A stretch of 64,000 nucleotides of DNA from NCBI GenBank assembly GCA_963809535.1, contig CAWEJW010000003.1, positions 25,987 to 89,986 of the forward strand, read 5' to 3'. Source of the stretch: an uncultured Actinomycetes bacterium. GTDB taxonomy: Bacteria > Actinomycetota > Coriobacteriia > Anaerosomatales > CAVRZR01. Every line of letters begins with the position of its first letter. The stretch's first letter is position 1. Position numbers and translations under genes: made by a program. Shown here one piece after another: positions 9,557 to 20,138 of this stretch. The notes beneath the pieces were generated by a model. It was not told where the DNA came from, ran no database searches, and saw nothing but the letters and a program-made list of their open reading frames with translations.

Positions 9557-10338
9557 TGTTCGCGCAGGTTCTGGCTACCGAATTCGCGAAGCTGCGCCGC
9601 AGCAAGGTGACGTGGGGTACCCTCGCCACGCTCTCGATGGCGCCGCTCGTCATCGCCCTCTTCATGTGGATCGTCCGCGAGCCGGGCCGCGCGGCACAGC
9701 TCGGACTGCTCGGCACGAAGGCGAACCTTTCGGGGCTCGAGGCGACGTGGCCCTCGTACGTCTACATGCTCACGCTGGTCGTCGGCATGGGCGGCATGCT
9801 GATGATGCCGTTCATCGTCGCCTTCGTCTTCGGCCGAGAGTACGCCGAAGGCACCGCAAAGAACCTGCTCGCTCTTCCAATCGGCCGACATTGGTTCGTG
9901 CTGGCGAAGTTCATCGTCGCGGCGGTGTGGTGGTTCGTTCTCGTGGTGGTGGTCCTCGCCGAGGCGCTAGTGGTCGGCTTGCTTCTGGGGTTGCCCGGGC
10001 TATCGGCAGGGCTCGCAACGAGCGCCGCGCGTGACGTGCTGCTCGCGGCCGGGATCGCGTACCTGCTCGTGCCGGTCGTCGCGTGGATCACGACCCTGGG
10101 CCGTGGGTACATGCCCCCGCTTGCATTCGCGCTGGTCATGCTTGCCCTCGGCAACGTCTTCGGCAAGACGGGCTGGGCGGTGTGGTTCCCCTGGTCGATC
10201 GTCCCGCTCATCATCGGCACGGTGGGAAAGCCCGTGACCGGGCTTCCGCCGGGCAGCTACGTCGTGGTGGCGCTGACCTTCCTCGCCGGAATCGTCGCGA
10301 CCGTCGCGCAGGTTCGCTACGCCGACAACACGCAGTAG
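9556..10338 (+). CDS. ABC-2 type permease
   Basis: EFAKLRR N-terminus, FGREYAEGT, about six TM helices; TGATG coupling to the ATPase. Confidence 0.9.
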   Translation: MFAQVLATEFAKLRRSKVTWGTLATLSMAPLVIALFMWIVREPGRAAQLGLLGTKANLSGLEATWPSYVYMLTLVVGMGGMLMMPFIVAFVFGREYAEGTAKNLLALPIGRHWFVLAKFIVAAVWWFVLVVVVLAEALVVGLLLGLPGLSAGLATSAARDVLLAAGIAYLLVPVVAWITTLGRGYMPPLAFALVMLALGNVFGKTGWAVWFPWSIVPLIIGTVGKPVTGLPPGSYVVVALTFLAGIVATVAQVRYADNTQ

Positions 10339-10420
10339 CCGTTGGAAGTCGGACTGCGTGCCGTGCTTCCGCTTTCTCCCGCGGATCTAGCCCGGTTTCG
10401 CTGCTGCGGCGCCTTCGGCT

Positions 10421-12304
10421 CTATTCGACGCGCCTGAAGGCGAGGATGGCCAGATCGTCGCGCAAGTCGGTCTCGCTGAACGAGAGGACGTCGGCGACCA
10501 CTCCGTCGACGACCTCGCGCGGCGATGCGCGCTTCGTGGACGACAGCAGCGCGAGAAGCCTGGCCTCTCCATACTGGGCACCGTCGCGCCGCGCCTCGGT
10601 CACCCCGTCGGTGTAGAGGAACAACACCTCATTGGGGTTGATGCTGGTTTCCGACTGCCCGAAAGACACGTCATCGAACGCGCCCAGGAGCGTGCCGGTG
10701 GCCGGCAGTTGGGCCACGGGAGCTCCCGATCGGATCACCGCGGCCGCCGTATGCCCAGCGTTCGAGTAGACGAATCGCCCGTCCCTGCAGTCGAGGATGC
10801 CGAGAAAGACGGTCACGAACCAGTCGGGCGGAGTCGCCCTGTACACGAGCATGTTCGTGAGCGTGAGTATCTGGGCGGGCGTCTTCTCGCTCTCGTTGGC
10901 GTGCGCACGGATCGTGTTCTTGACCAAGGACGTCAGAACGGCGGCATCAAGACCCTTGCCGGCAACGTCCCCGATGACGACGCCGATGCGGTCGTGGCTC
11001 AGCTCGAACAGGTCGTAGAAGTCGCCGCCGACTCGCGTCGCTTCCGTCGCCGAATGATACGCGTGCGCGAACTCGATACCGCCCACCTTGTCGGGCAGCG
11101 AAAGCAGCGCCTCCTGGAGACGGTCGGCTATGCGGTGCTCCGTCTCGTAGAGTCGGGCGTTCTCGAGTGCGAGGGACAGTGTCGCCGCCGCGCTCTGCAA
11201 GAAGTCGAGCTGCTGCTCCGTGAACGGTCTTGGTACCCCGAAGCGGTCCGCCAACAAGACGCCGAAGACCTGGCCGCGCGTGATCAGCGGCACCGCCATC
11301 AGCGACGTGATCCCGAACTTCTGCATGATCGGAGGATTGACTCTCCCGTCGTGCGCCACGTCGTTCACGATCACCGGCTGACGCGTCTCGAGCACCGTCA
11401 TCGAGAGAGGCACTTCGGCGTCGGGCAACCGGACAACCTGCAATTCTTGCGGGAACCCGTGTGAATACGCGAACTCCCAGTAGTCTCCTCGATGGACCTG
11501 CACGACAGCCGCGTCGACATCCAACGCCTCAGCGATCTCGACGACGACTCGGTTCATGATCTCGTCGACGTCGAGCGTGGAGTGCACGCTGTCGTTGATC
11601 CGATTGAGCGCCTCGGCGAAGCTCACTTGCTTGGTGCGCTCCTCGTACAAGCGCTCCAAGGTGGCGGTCCTTTCCTTGACGCGCTCCTCGAGCTCATCGC
11701 GTGATTGTCGCAACGCTTCTACTGCCTGCGCGCGCTGTCGCGCGATCTCCGCGGCCTCGAGGGCAAATGAGAAGTCATCTGCGAGACATTCGAGGAGTCG
11801 GACTTCCTCGTTGTCGAAGTAGTTCGGCTCGCCTGCGTACAGGGTGATGACCCCGATCGTCCTTCCCTCGGCCTGCAAGGGGAAAGAAGCCGACGATCTG
11901 AATCCACGCTTCAGCTGCTCATCGCGCCAAGGACGCATGATCGGGTTGTTCTCGGTGTCGTTGTTTATGAAGGGCTTGCCTTCTCTCAACGCGACACCGG
12001 TCGGCCCGCGTCCTTCCGGCACGTCTTCCCTCAGCGAGATTCTCACCGTTTCCAGGTAGCCGTCATCGCGACCGTACTTGGCGACCCATCGTATGAGCTG
12101 TGTGTCCGGCTCGACGAAACCGATCCAGGCCAGGATGAAGTGCCCGTCATCAACGGCGATACGGCAGGCTGCCTCGTACAGCTCCTGCGGCTCGTGAACG
12201 CGGACGATCGCCTCGTTGACCTTGCTGAGCACGGCGTAGAGCCGGTTCACTCGACCGATCTCGTCGAGTCCTGGGACATCCTTGGAGATGCGCTTGGGCT
12301 GCAT
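10421..12304 (-). CDS. GAF-GAF-PP2C (SpoIIE/RsbU-type) phosphatase
   Basis: Two GAF domains and a coiled coil; VGGDFYD, IGDVAGKG, NAGH, YTDGVTE, DDLA. Confidence 0.92.
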   Translation of the reverse strand: MQPKRISKDVPGLDEIGRVNRLYAVLSKVNEAIVRVHEPQELYEAACRIAVDDGHFILAWIGFVEPDTQLIRWVAKYGRDDGYLETVRISLREDVPEGRGPTGVALREGKPFINNDTENNPIMRPWRDEQLKRGFRSSASFPLQAEGRTIGVITLYAGEPNYFDNEEVRLLECLADDFSFALEAAEIARQRAQAVEALRQSRDELEERVKERTATLERLYEERTKQVSFAEALNRINDSVHSTLDVDEIMNRVVVEIAEALDVDAAVVQVHRGDYWEFAYSHGFPQELQVVRLPDAEVPLSMTVLETRQPVIVNDVAHDGRVNPPIMQKFGITSLMAVPLITRGQVFGVLLADRFGVPRPFTEQQLDFLQSAAATLSLALENARLYETEHRIADRLQEALLSLPDKVGGIEFAHAYHSATEATRVGGDFYDLFELSHDRIGVVIGDVAGKGLDAAVLTSLVKNTIRAHANESEKTPAQILTLTNMLVYRATPPDWFVTVFLGILDCRDGRFVYSNAGHTAAAVIRSGAPVAQLPATGTLLGAFDDVSFGQSETSINPNEVLFLYTDGVTEARRDGAQYGEARLLALLSSTKRASPREVVDGVVADVLSFSETDLRDDLAILAFRRVE

Positions 12305-12508
12305 TCGCGTCCCTATTCCACCGCGGAGACGTGTGCATAGCGTAGAGCATTGGAGGAAGTTGCCATGCTCGGACGCCCTCACCCACCATGGCCGAGATCC
12401 CAGATCCCACGCGTCGGCCCTCACACGCTCGTCGTGCCCGGCCGGGCCGTAGGGTGGGCTGCGGTATCGTTGGAGCGCACTGCCTGAGCAAGCTGAGAGG
12501 TATCGCGC

Positions 12509-13204
12509 ATGGAGGCACCGCTCGTGCCCACGACCGTCACTCGCATCATGCTCGGCTCCGGCGTGTTCAGCGTGAATGCGTACCTCATCAGGACGGCCCT
12601 CGGTTTCGTGCTCGTCGACACCGGCACGCGGAGTCAGCAGGCCGCGCTCGTGAAGCGGCTCGCCGAAGAGGGATGCACGCCCGGTTCGCTCACACTAATC
12701 TTCATCACCCACGGCGACGTCGATCACATCGGCAACGCGGCCTACCTGCGGCGGATGTTCGAAGCGCCGATCGCAATGCACGAGCGCGACGCGAGAATGG
12801 CGAGTGACGGCGACGTGTTCGCAGGTCGCCGGAGTCCCGGTTGGGTCGCCCGGATCCTCATCCCATTGATCGCTCGCCTGCCCAAGAAGAATCGCTTCGA
12901 AGCCGACGTACTCGTCAACGAAGGGTCAGATCTCTCCGAATACGGCCTGCCCGGGGCGCGGATCCTGTCGCTTGGCGGGCACTCGGCAGGATCGATCGCC
13001 CTGCTCCTCGATGACGGCAGCCTCTTCTGCGGCGACGTGCTCCAGAACCGCGGGGTGCCGAAGCTCGGGTCGATCATGGACGACGCACCGACCGCGCGGG
13101 CAAGCGTCGACCGGCTGAAGACGCTGAACGTGGGGACGGTCTACCCCGGGCACGGGACACCATTTCAGATGGCTGACCTGGTGACAGCCGGCGATTCGCG
13201 CTAG
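12509..13204 (+). CDS. Metallo-beta-lactamase fold hydrolase
   Basis: THGDVDHIG, GHSAG, CGD, YPGHG. Confidence 0.9.
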   Translation: MEAPLVPTTVTRIMLGSGVFSVNAYLIRTALGFVLVDTGTRSQQAALVKRLAEEGCTPGSLTLIFITHGDVDHIGNAAYLRRMFEAPIAMHERDARMASDGDVFAGRRSPGWVARILIPLIARLPKKNRFEADVLVNEGSDLSEYGLPGARILSLGGHSAGSIALLLDDGSLFCGDVLQNRGVPKLGSIMDDAPTARASVDRLKTLNVGTVYPGHGTPFQMADLVTAGDSR

Positions 13205-13300
13205 CGGGGTCCAACCAGTCGCGAGTTCGCCTCGCAACGACGAGACCTCTCCTCTTCGGAAGCTCCGGGCACCCGCCCAGAAGTCAAGTGACACGACCCC

Positions 13301-13347
13301 TTGACAAGTTCCAACGCCGTAGGATAATCTATCCCACGATGTATGAT
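13301..13347 (+). promoter_or_regulatory. Sigma70-type promoter with tandem TetR-like operators
   Basis: TTGACA 13301-13306; -10 candidates GATAAT or TAATCT; two similar imperfect palindromes TCCAACGCCGTAGGA and TCCCACGATGTATGA. Confidence 0.6.
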
Positions 13348-13371
13348 AACTCGATGTCAAGGGAGGCCCCT

Positions 13372-14166
13372 ATGGCCCCGCGCAAGCGCAACCAGCCGCA
13401 ACTCACGCGCGAGCAGATCGTCTCGGCGACGATGAAGCTCATCGACGAGCGCGGCCTCGAAGGCCATTCGATGCGCCAGCTCGGCACCGAGCTCGGCGTG
13501 GACCCGAGCACCGTCTACTACTACGTGCCGAGCAAGAACGACCTCTACAACCTCATCGTCGACGAGATCATGAGCGGCATCGACCTCTCCGCCGACGACC
13601 CGTCCGCACCGGTCGAGGACCGCCTGGTCGCCGCGGCCCACGAGTACCTGCGAGCCCTTCTCGTCCATCCCCGGGCTATGCCCCTCGCGGCGACCCGGTC
13701 GCTTCGCACCCCGCAGCAGATCGCCGGTGTCGAATCCCTCGTCGGCATGTTCTACGACGCGGGTCTCACCCCCACTGAGACTCTCGCCGCGATCGACGTC
13801 TTCGGCATGGCGGTCCTCGGCATGGCGAACGCGTACGCCGCGCAGCTCACGCAGTCCGAATACCACCAGCAAGACGAGACGTTGGGCGAGCTTCCCCCCG
13901 AGCGGTTCCCCAACGTGATGCGCCTGCTCGCCGAGGGTGGATACGCCGGCTTCGGGGTCGAATTCGACCGCGGGATGCGCGCGCTCGTGCGCGGACTCCT
14001 GTCGATGCACGCCGACGGCGCCCTGATTACCCCTATCGACCCCCTCGTCACCTACGCAGAGTCGGAGTTCTCGACGCCGGACGACGACTTCGCGTCGGGC
14101 ACCCCGGCCGCAACCACGTCGGTCGAGTCCTCCAGAAGAGATGATCTGCCATGCTCACGTCGCTGA
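13372..14166 (+). CDS. TetR family regulator with TetR_C domain
   Basis: LTREQIV..SMRQLGTELGVDPSTVYYYVPSK HTH; GGGAGG RBS. Confidence 0.92.
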   Translation: MAPRKRNQPQLTREQIVSATMKLIDERGLEGHSMRQLGTELGVDPSTVYYYVPSKNDLYNLIVDEIMSGIDLSADDPSAPVEDRLVAAAHEYLRALLVHPRAMPLAATRSLRTPQQIAGVESLVGMFYDAGLTPTETLAAIDVFGMAVLGMANAYAAQLTQSEYHQQDETLGELPPERFPNVMRLLAEGGYAGFGVEFDRGMRALVRGLLSMHADGALITPIDPLVTYAESEFSTPDDDFASGTPAATTSVESSRRDDLPCSRR

Positions 14167-15473
14167 AGAACCGCGACTACCGGCTGCTGTGGATCGGGCA
14201 GTCGATCAGCCACCTCGGTGACCAGTTCCACCTCGTCGCGTTGCCGTGGCTCGTGCTCGCCGTGACCCACGACCCCGTGCAGCTCGGCCTCGTGCTCGCC
14301 GCGGCGGGCATCCCCCGCGCCGTGCTCATGCTCTTCGGCGGCGCCATCGCCGACCGTTTCTCGCCGCGCATCATCATGCTCGTCTCCGACGTGCTGCGCT
14401 TCGTCATCACCGCCGCGTTGGTCGCGGCCATCCTTAGCGGCAACATCCAGGTCTGGATGATCTACGCCCTCGCTATAGCGTTCGGCATCGTGTCGGGCTT
14501 CTTCCTCCCCGCCGCCGAGGCCGCAATCCCCCGTCTGCTGCCGAGCGCCCAGCTCGAGGGCGGCAACTCGCTCATGATGATCGCCACGAACGTCGCACAG
14601 TTCGTCGGGCCCGCGCTCGCGGGCACGATCGTCGCGCTCATGAGCGGTGCGGCCAGTGCGACAGCCGCGGGCATGAAGGGCATTGCCGCCGCCTTCGCAG
14701 TGGACGCCATGACGTTCCTCGTCTCGGCGGTGAGCCTCGCGCTCATGCATCCGCTCCCCGGCCTCGGCAGCGACAAACACCCGCTCCACGATATCGCCGA
14801 GGGCCTGCGCTTCGTGAAGGCCGAACGCATGATCGCGTGGCTCGTCGCGTTCATCGCTCTCGGCAACCTGTTCGCCACGGGTACCGTCTTCGTAGGCGTG
14901 CCCGTGCTCGCCTCGGAGCGCCTGCCCCAGGGCGCCGCGGCGTTCGGACTCATCGTCTCGGCGTACGCGCTGGGCAACCTCTTCGGCATGATCGGCGCGG
15001 GCTCGCTCCCCCGACCGTCGAGCAAGACCTTCGGCCTCATCGCCACGGTCATGTTCTTCGCGTTCGGCGCCGTCTACGCCTCGTTCGCGATCGTCGCTTC
15101 AACGTGGCTCGCGATGGCGCTCATGGCCTTCGCCGGCGTCGGCAACGGCTATGTGGCCATCGTCGTGATCTCCTCGGTCCAGCGTCTGACTCCCGAAAAG
15201 CTCCTCGGCCGCGTGATGTCCCTCATCATGCTCGCGATGGTCGGCCTCGCACCGATCTCGCAAGCCCTCTCAGGCGCACTCGTGAAAGTCTCGCTGCCCA
15301 CGCTGTTCATCGTCGCCGGTGCGGGGATGGCACTCACCGGCGTGCTCGCGTTCACGCAGCGGGATCTGTGGCGGTTCCCGAGCCTCGAAGAGGACGAGAG
15401 TGGAGCCGACGCCGCCGCTCGCGTCGCGCGGCTCGCGACCGCACCAGCGGCCGACGGGCCGAACGCGGCGTAA
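14151..15473 (+). CDS. MFS efflux transporter (DHA3-like)
   Basis: RDYRLLWIGQSISHLGD, GGAIADRF, LLGRVMS; about 12 TM helices. Confidence 0.92.
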   Translation: MLTSLKNRDYRLLWIGQSISHLGDQFHLVALPWLVLAVTHDPVQLGLVLAAAGIPRAVLMLFGGAIADRFSPRIIMLVSDVLRFVITAALVAAILSGNIQVWMIYALAIAFGIVSGFFLPAAEAAIPRLLPSAQLEGGNSLMMIATNVAQFVGPALAGTIVALMSGAASATAAGMKGIAAAFAVDAMTFLVSAVSLALMHPLPGLGSDKHPLHDIAEGLRFVKAERMIAWLVAFIALGNLFATGTVFVGVPVLASERLPQGAAAFGLIVSAYALGNLFGMIGAGSLPRPSSKTFGLIATVMFFAFGAVYASFAIVASTWLAMALMAFAGVGNGYVAIVVISSVQRLTPEKLLGRVMSLIMLAMVGLAPISQALSGALVKVSLPTLFIVAGAGMALTGVLAFTQRDLWRFPSLEEDESGADAAARVARLATAPAADGPNAA

Positions 15474-15483
15474 GTTCCGGACC

Positions 15484-16263
15484 CTACACGCCCTGGGTCT
15501 CGAGCCATTCTGCGACGAAGTCCGCGACCTGTTCCCAGCCGTCCTCGACAATGGTCATGTGGTCTCGGCCATCGAATTCTCGAAAGTCCGTGACCGAGCC
15601 GGGGTCGCGATACTTCTCGGCGTTGGTCTTGTTGAGATCAGGCGGGATGATGTGGTCGCGGGAGCCCGCGATCAACAGCAACGGAGCGTGCGGGGCGTCA
15701 AAGTCGACGTGCGCGACGCGGGTGAGCGACTGCTCGGGGACCAGGCGCGACTCCGGGACGGCGTAGCGGTCGTAGAACGAGCGTTGTTGTGGCTCGGGAA
15801 GCGCGTTGGCGAATGCGTAGGCGAAGTCCTCGAACGAGATCATGCGCGGGTCGTGCTTGTCGTGGAACGGCGTGATCATCGGCCAGTTGGACTTGAGGAA
15901 CGACCAGTCCGCGGTGAACACGCCCTGCGGGGGCGCAGAGTCGATCGCGACCCCCGCGGCCCCCTGCCCTTGTGCCAGCAGGAGCTGCACCACGAGTCCT
16001 CCCATCGAGTGCCCGATGAGCACGGGTGGCTCCGGCATCTCCGCGATGAGCGCCGAATGGGACTCGAGCACCTCGACCAGACCGAGGTTCCCCAGCGCCG
16101 GGTCCGGATGCCTGGCCCGTAGCTCCTCGACGGATGCGGTGCGTCGTGGCCACTCGGGTGCCCACACATCGCGGACCAGACCCTGGAAACGTACCAGCCA
16201 GTGCTCCCAGCACAATGACGTCATGAACATGCCGTGGATGAAGACGATGGGTCTGCGGCTCAT
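15484..16263 (-). CDS. Alpha/beta hydrolase
   Basis: FIHG, GHSMGG nucleophile elbow, Asp and His in C-terminal part. Confidence 0.9.
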   Translation of the reverse strand: MSRRPIVFIHGMFMTSLCWEHWLVRFQGLVRDVWAPEWPRRTASVEELRARHPDPALGNLGLVEVLESHSALIAEMPEPPVLIGHSMGGLVVQLLLAQGQGAAGVAIDSAPPQGVFTADWSFLKSNWPMITPFHDKHDPRMISFEDFAYAFANALPEPQQRSFYDRYAVPESRLVPEQSLTRVAHVDFDAPHAPLLLIAGSRDHIIPPDLNKTNAEKYRDPGSVTDFREFDGRDHMTIVEDGWEQVADFVAEWLETQGV

Positions 16264-16393
16264 GGGCCGGCTCCTCGCGCGTGGCTGACGATAGGTGTAT
16301 CTTCCCCGCCGACCCGGCAACAACCCCTACGTTCTTTCGGGCCCTTTGAGGATCGCTCACTCGACCGGTCGCAGCGGCCGTGCGTGTTGGCTC

Positions 16394-17047
16394 CTATCGA
16401 TGCACGAACTTGTAGCAGTGGTTCCAGGTGCCGGTCACGCGACCGTACTGCACCCACGCGAGCGTCATGGCCTCGATCATCGCAGCAACGTGGATCGGAC
16501 CCAGGTCGCAGGGCTCCCAGCCCACATCCCTGAGCAGCTCGGCCACCTCGGCTTTGGCCTCCGCGTCGTTGCCGCAGATGGGCATGATAGGCGGGGCGCA
16601 GGGCACATCGGGATCGATCATGCTGTTCACGCCGGTCGTATTGAAGGCTTTCACGACCCGTGCGCCGGGGTTCGTGCGCTGGATGTGAAGGGCGGCCGAG
16701 TCGTCGACGCCCCAGGAAAGAGTCATGTGGTCGTCGTCGACCGTTGTGATCGCGTTGGTGACGTCCACGACAAGCTTCCCCGCCAATGCACCCCTGCCCA
16801 CGAGCGCAGAGACCGTCTCGACAGCGGTTCCAGGGACGCAGAAGAACACCCAGTCGGCCCACTCGACGGCCTCGGGATAGGTGCCCGCCGAGGCCATAGG
16901 GCCTGTGTTCGCAACCCACTCCTTGACGCGATCGCTCGAAGGGTCGCGCGAGCCGAGCATGACGTGATGCCCGTGCTTCACCAGGCCGGCACCTAGGGTT
17001 CGCCCGACCTTGCCACTGCCGAGCATGGCCATTTTCTGAGGTTCCAT
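16394..17047 (-). CDS. F420-dependent NADP oxidoreductase family protein
   Basis: GSGKVG, GSR, DVTN, VVKAFNT, DLG. Confidence 0.88.
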   Translation of the reverse strand: MEPQKMAMLGSGKVGRTLGAGLVKHGHHVMLGSRDPSSDRVKEWVANTGPMASAGTYPEAVEWADWVFFCVPGTAVETVSALVGRGALAGKLVVDVTNAITTVDDDHMTLSWGVDDSAALHIQRTNPGARVVKAFNTTGVNSMIDPDVPCAPPIMPICGNDAEAKAEVAELLRDVGWEPCDLGPIHVAAMIEAMTLAWVQYGRVTGTWNHCYKFVHR

Positions 17048-17212
17048 CTCAGCTCCTCCGTCTTAGTTCGCCGCTGTGACAGCCGAATCCCGCGGATTGG
17101 AGTGGCGTCAGTAGATTCGTACCCGGTGTGGCAGAGCGAGCTGCGTCGCGCCAAGTGCCGTCGGCGAGCTGGCCCGTTCCGTGGCGGCCCGCCCCTCCGC
17201 CGAGCCGCTAGG

Positions 17213-17935
17213 CTAGAACAGCACGACCACGAGGTTCATGGCCGCGTGCAGAAGCATCGGCGGATAGACGCTGTCCGTCTCGGCGCGGGCGTACCCGTAC
17301 ATCACTCCCCAGACTATCGCCGAGAGCGTCTGCACCGCGACAAATGCGACGGGAACGCCGGCGAGCGCATTGGCGGCATGCAGCATGCCGAAGGCGATCC
17401 CGCTGAGCCACACCGTCAGGTGGGTGGCCGTGCGCTCAGGATGTACTCGCTCGAAGAGCGCGAGCAGCACCGAGAACACCACGCCGCGCCAGAGCGTCTC
17501 CTCCACCACCGGCACGATGATGGTCTCGGTGAAGATCCACTGGTTGCCGCTGTACGGCGTGCCGCCCCCGGTCAACCAGAGGTACCCAGCAACCACACCG
17601 CAGTTGACGGCGAGCATGACGAGCAGCAGAGGGATCCGCTCTCGCGTGCGCCCCATGTGAAAGCCGAAGAACCGCGGGCGCCAGACCACGAGCGGGAGCG
17701 CGAGCAAGATCACGTGGCCGCGTGAGACGAGACCCCAGAGCGTGGCCAGCGCCGCGGACGAACCCACCGCCGGGAATCGGTCGGTCAGGAACGCCAGATA
17801 GGACTGATCCGCTACGACGAACGCAGCACAGAACGCAACGAGTCCGAAGACGACGAGCGTTGTCACGCGCGCGCGGGTCGCGGCGCTCTTGTCCGCGGAG
17901 AGCGGCTTGAGGCTAGGCTGGTGCGACGAACTCAC
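17213..17935 (-). CDS. CPBP (CAAX/Abi) intramembrane metalloprotease
   Basis: EETLWRG, FGMLH, HAAMN; start uncertain. Confidence 0.85.
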   Translation of the reverse strand: MSSSHQPSLKPLSADKSAATRARVTTLVVFGLVAFCAAFVVADQSYLAFLTDRFPAVGSSAALATLWGLVSRGHVILLALPLVVWRPRFFGFHMGRTRERIPLLLVMLAVNCGVVAGYLWLTGGGTPYSGNQWIFTETIIVPVVEETLWRGVVFSVLLALFERVHPERTATHLTVWLSGIAFGMLHAANALAGVPVAFVAVQTLSAIVWGVMYGYARAETDSVYPPMLLHAAMNLVVVLF

Positions 17936-19424
17936 GCCCGTCCGCCGCGCACAGATTCTGGATCGCCCAGCGTCCCGTGAGGACGCCGGAAGGCAACCCG
18001 CCGCCCGGCCAGACCCACTGACCAGCCATCCAGAAACGGTCGAGCCCAGGCAGCTTTCTTGGCATGCCGGCCATGCCCGTGAGCTTCGTGTTCTTCGGCG
18101 ACAGCAGCCATCCTTCGAACGAGGCGCGCCAGTTGCCGGTGTAGCGGACGTAGGTCGTAGGGGTAGCCACGTCGACGACTTCCACGGCGTCGTGCACACC
18201 GGGGTACGCACGCTCGACGATGTCGATCACCTGCCTGGCCACCGCGTCCTTCTCGGCGAGATACGCCTCACGACTCGTGTCCCCCAGCTTCTGCCAGTGC
18301 TCGAGGTCGCCTTCGAGAATGCACGTCACGGATGACTTGCCGGTCGGCGCCATCGATGGGTCGAATGAGTAGTGATGGGTCCACGCCGAGGAGACCTGTC
18401 TCCCCGCAATCTCGACGGGATCGTCGAGGAGCGTCACTACGGACCACGGCTCGTTCGACATGTCTCGGTTGACGCCGAGCGACACTTGGACGATCGCCGG
18501 GAACAGCTCGAGGTTGTCGTACAAGTCGCGGATGCGGTCGTCGACGTAGCGGCCCTCCAGCATGTCGAAGATGGTGGCGTGCCCGTCGGCAGCCGATATG
18601 ACGACCTCGGCCCGCTGCTCGGTCCCGTCAGAGAGCCGCACTCCCACGGCGCGGTCATCCTCCACCAGGATCCGCTTCACGCGTGACCGATATCGGATCT
18701 CGCCGCCAAGATCCAGGAGGCGCCGCTCGAGTCTGCGGGCGAACAGGGCCGATCCTCCCATGACCCAGTTCGCGTCCCCCACGTCGAACCAACCGAGCGT
18801 GGACAGAAGCGCCATCGAACTGATTCGAGGCTCGTTCACGGCGTTCGCGACCGCCCGGCGCAGGAAGGGATCCGAGAAGCCGTCGGCAAGATCCTGCACC
18901 GTGAGCATCTGGTAGCGCCGCATCTTGCGGAGCGCGGAGCCGGAAGTCACCAGCATCTTCAGGCCGTCCCACGCTCTCATCATATCGGGCGGCGTCGTCG
19001 GCACCATCGACCCCACGCCCGCCATGAGGTGCGATCCCTTCACCAGCCCTCGAATCGCCTTCGCATCTGATGGCCAGCTTGCGAGCATCTCGGACTCGAC
19101 CCGGCTCAGGTCGGACCAGAGCACGAGTTCGTTTCCCACCTCATCGCGAACCGAGTTCAGGCGGTCCCGCGCGACGAGTTCCAGCCCCTCGGTGGCGCCG
19201 ACCTCCTCCCAGAGAGGGTAGAAGCCGCGCCCCGGCTTTCCACCGACGAACCAGTGGATGCACCCGTCGAAGCAGTACCCCTGGCGCTCCCAGGATGTGC
19301 ACAGTCCGCCAGGGATCGTGTGCATCTCGAGAACGCTCGTCTCGTAACCGTTGGCAGCGGCATAGATGCCCGTAGCGAGACCCGCGATGCCCCCGCCGAT
19401 GACAATGACCGATCCCCTGGCCAC
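17913..19424 (-). CDS. Phytoene desaturase family FAD-dependent oxidoreductase
   Basis: GGGIAGL, PGGLC, FDGCIHW, ATP..Y.RYTGN, AGQW..PGGGLP. Confidence 0.88.
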   Translation of the reverse strand: MARGSVIVIGGGIAGLATGIYAAANGYETSVLEMHTIPGGLCTSWERQGYCFDGCIHWFVGGKPGRGFYPLWEEVGATEGLELVARDRLNSVRDEVGNELVLWSDLSRVESEMLASWPSDAKAIRGLVKGSHLMAGVGSMVPTTPPDMMRAWDGLKMLVTSGSALRKMRRYQMLTVQDLADGFSDPFLRRAVANAVNEPRISSMALLSTLGWFDVGDANWVMGGSALFARRLERRLLDLGGEIRYRSRVKRILVEDDRAVGVRLSDGTEQRAEVVISAADGHATIFDMLEGRYVDDRIRDLYDNLELFPAIVQVSLGVNRDMSNEPWSVVTLLDDPVEIAGRQVSSAWTHHYSFDPSMAPTGKSSVTCILEGDLEHWQKLGDTSREAYLAEKDAVARQVIDIVERAYPGVHDAVEVVDVATPTTYVRYTGNWRASFEGWLLSPKNTKLTGMAGMPRKLPGLDRFWMAGQWVWPGGGLPSGVLTGRWAIQNLCAADGREFVAPA

Positions 19425-19582
19425 GGCTGCCTCCTAACAAGAATCGCCCAGTACTGCAAGAAACTGACACGTCGCAATGCTACACCCACGTCGGAGGGGC
19501 CTGCAGCACCGTGGCAACCTGGACTACAGTGCGATTTGTGACGGGGACGAGCGATGAAGACAGAACCCTTGGACACGCCCTG

Positions 19583-20023
19583 ATGCGTCTGCTCAGATAC
19601 GTGTGGGCGCTGCCGAACACTCTGATTGGCCTTGCCCTCACGCCCTTCGTTCTCATGACGGGCGGCCACATTCAGGTCGTTGACGGCGTTCTCGAGGTCT
19701 ACGAGGGACTCGCGTCGTTTCTGCTGCACCACTGCGTACCCCTGCGGGGAGGCGCGTTGGCTATCACCCTTGGCCATGTGGTTCTCGGGCGGGACCCCAT
19801 CACGCTCCTCCAAACGCGAGCGCACGAACGGGAGCACGTCCGCCAGTACGAGCTCTGGGGACCGGCGTTCATCCCCGCGTATCTGGTGGCAGGCCTGTAT
19901 GCGCTCGTGGCTCGACGAGGTGCCTATTCGGGTAACTACTTCGAGGGCGAGGCAGTGACGCGCATCGCCGAGGCGGAGGGAGGACGGGTCTGCTCTGGAC
20001 GATGTAGGGGGATTCGTCGGTAA
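19583..20023 (+). CDS. Hypothetical membrane-associated HExxH protein
   Basis: WALPNTLIG, AITLGHVV, HEREHVRQYE, NYFE. Confidence 0.75.
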   Translation: MRLLRYVWALPNTLIGLALTPFVLMTGGHIQVVDGVLEVYEGLASFLLHHCVPLRGGALAITLGHVVLGRDPITLLQTRAHEREHVRQYELWGPAFIPAYLVAGLYALVARRGAYSGNYFEGEAVTRIAEAEGGRVCSGRCRGIRR

Positions 20024-20138
20024 GCTGTTCGGGGAATAGCGGGTCCGTGTCGGATCCCATAGGCATCTGAGATCCTGGTCATGGCACGGTGCGGGGCTTG
20101 GCGGTTCTGGAGTGGGAATCCTAGAGGGGAGAGAGTCC

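Noticed and set aside
8558-10338. Lantibiotic biosynthetic cluster
   Set aside because: Only an exporter/immunity-like pair; no precursor or modifying enzymes nearby.
17913-19424. Carotenoid biosynthesis (crtI)
   Set aside because: Family-level similarity only; no phytoene synthase or other crt genes in the window.
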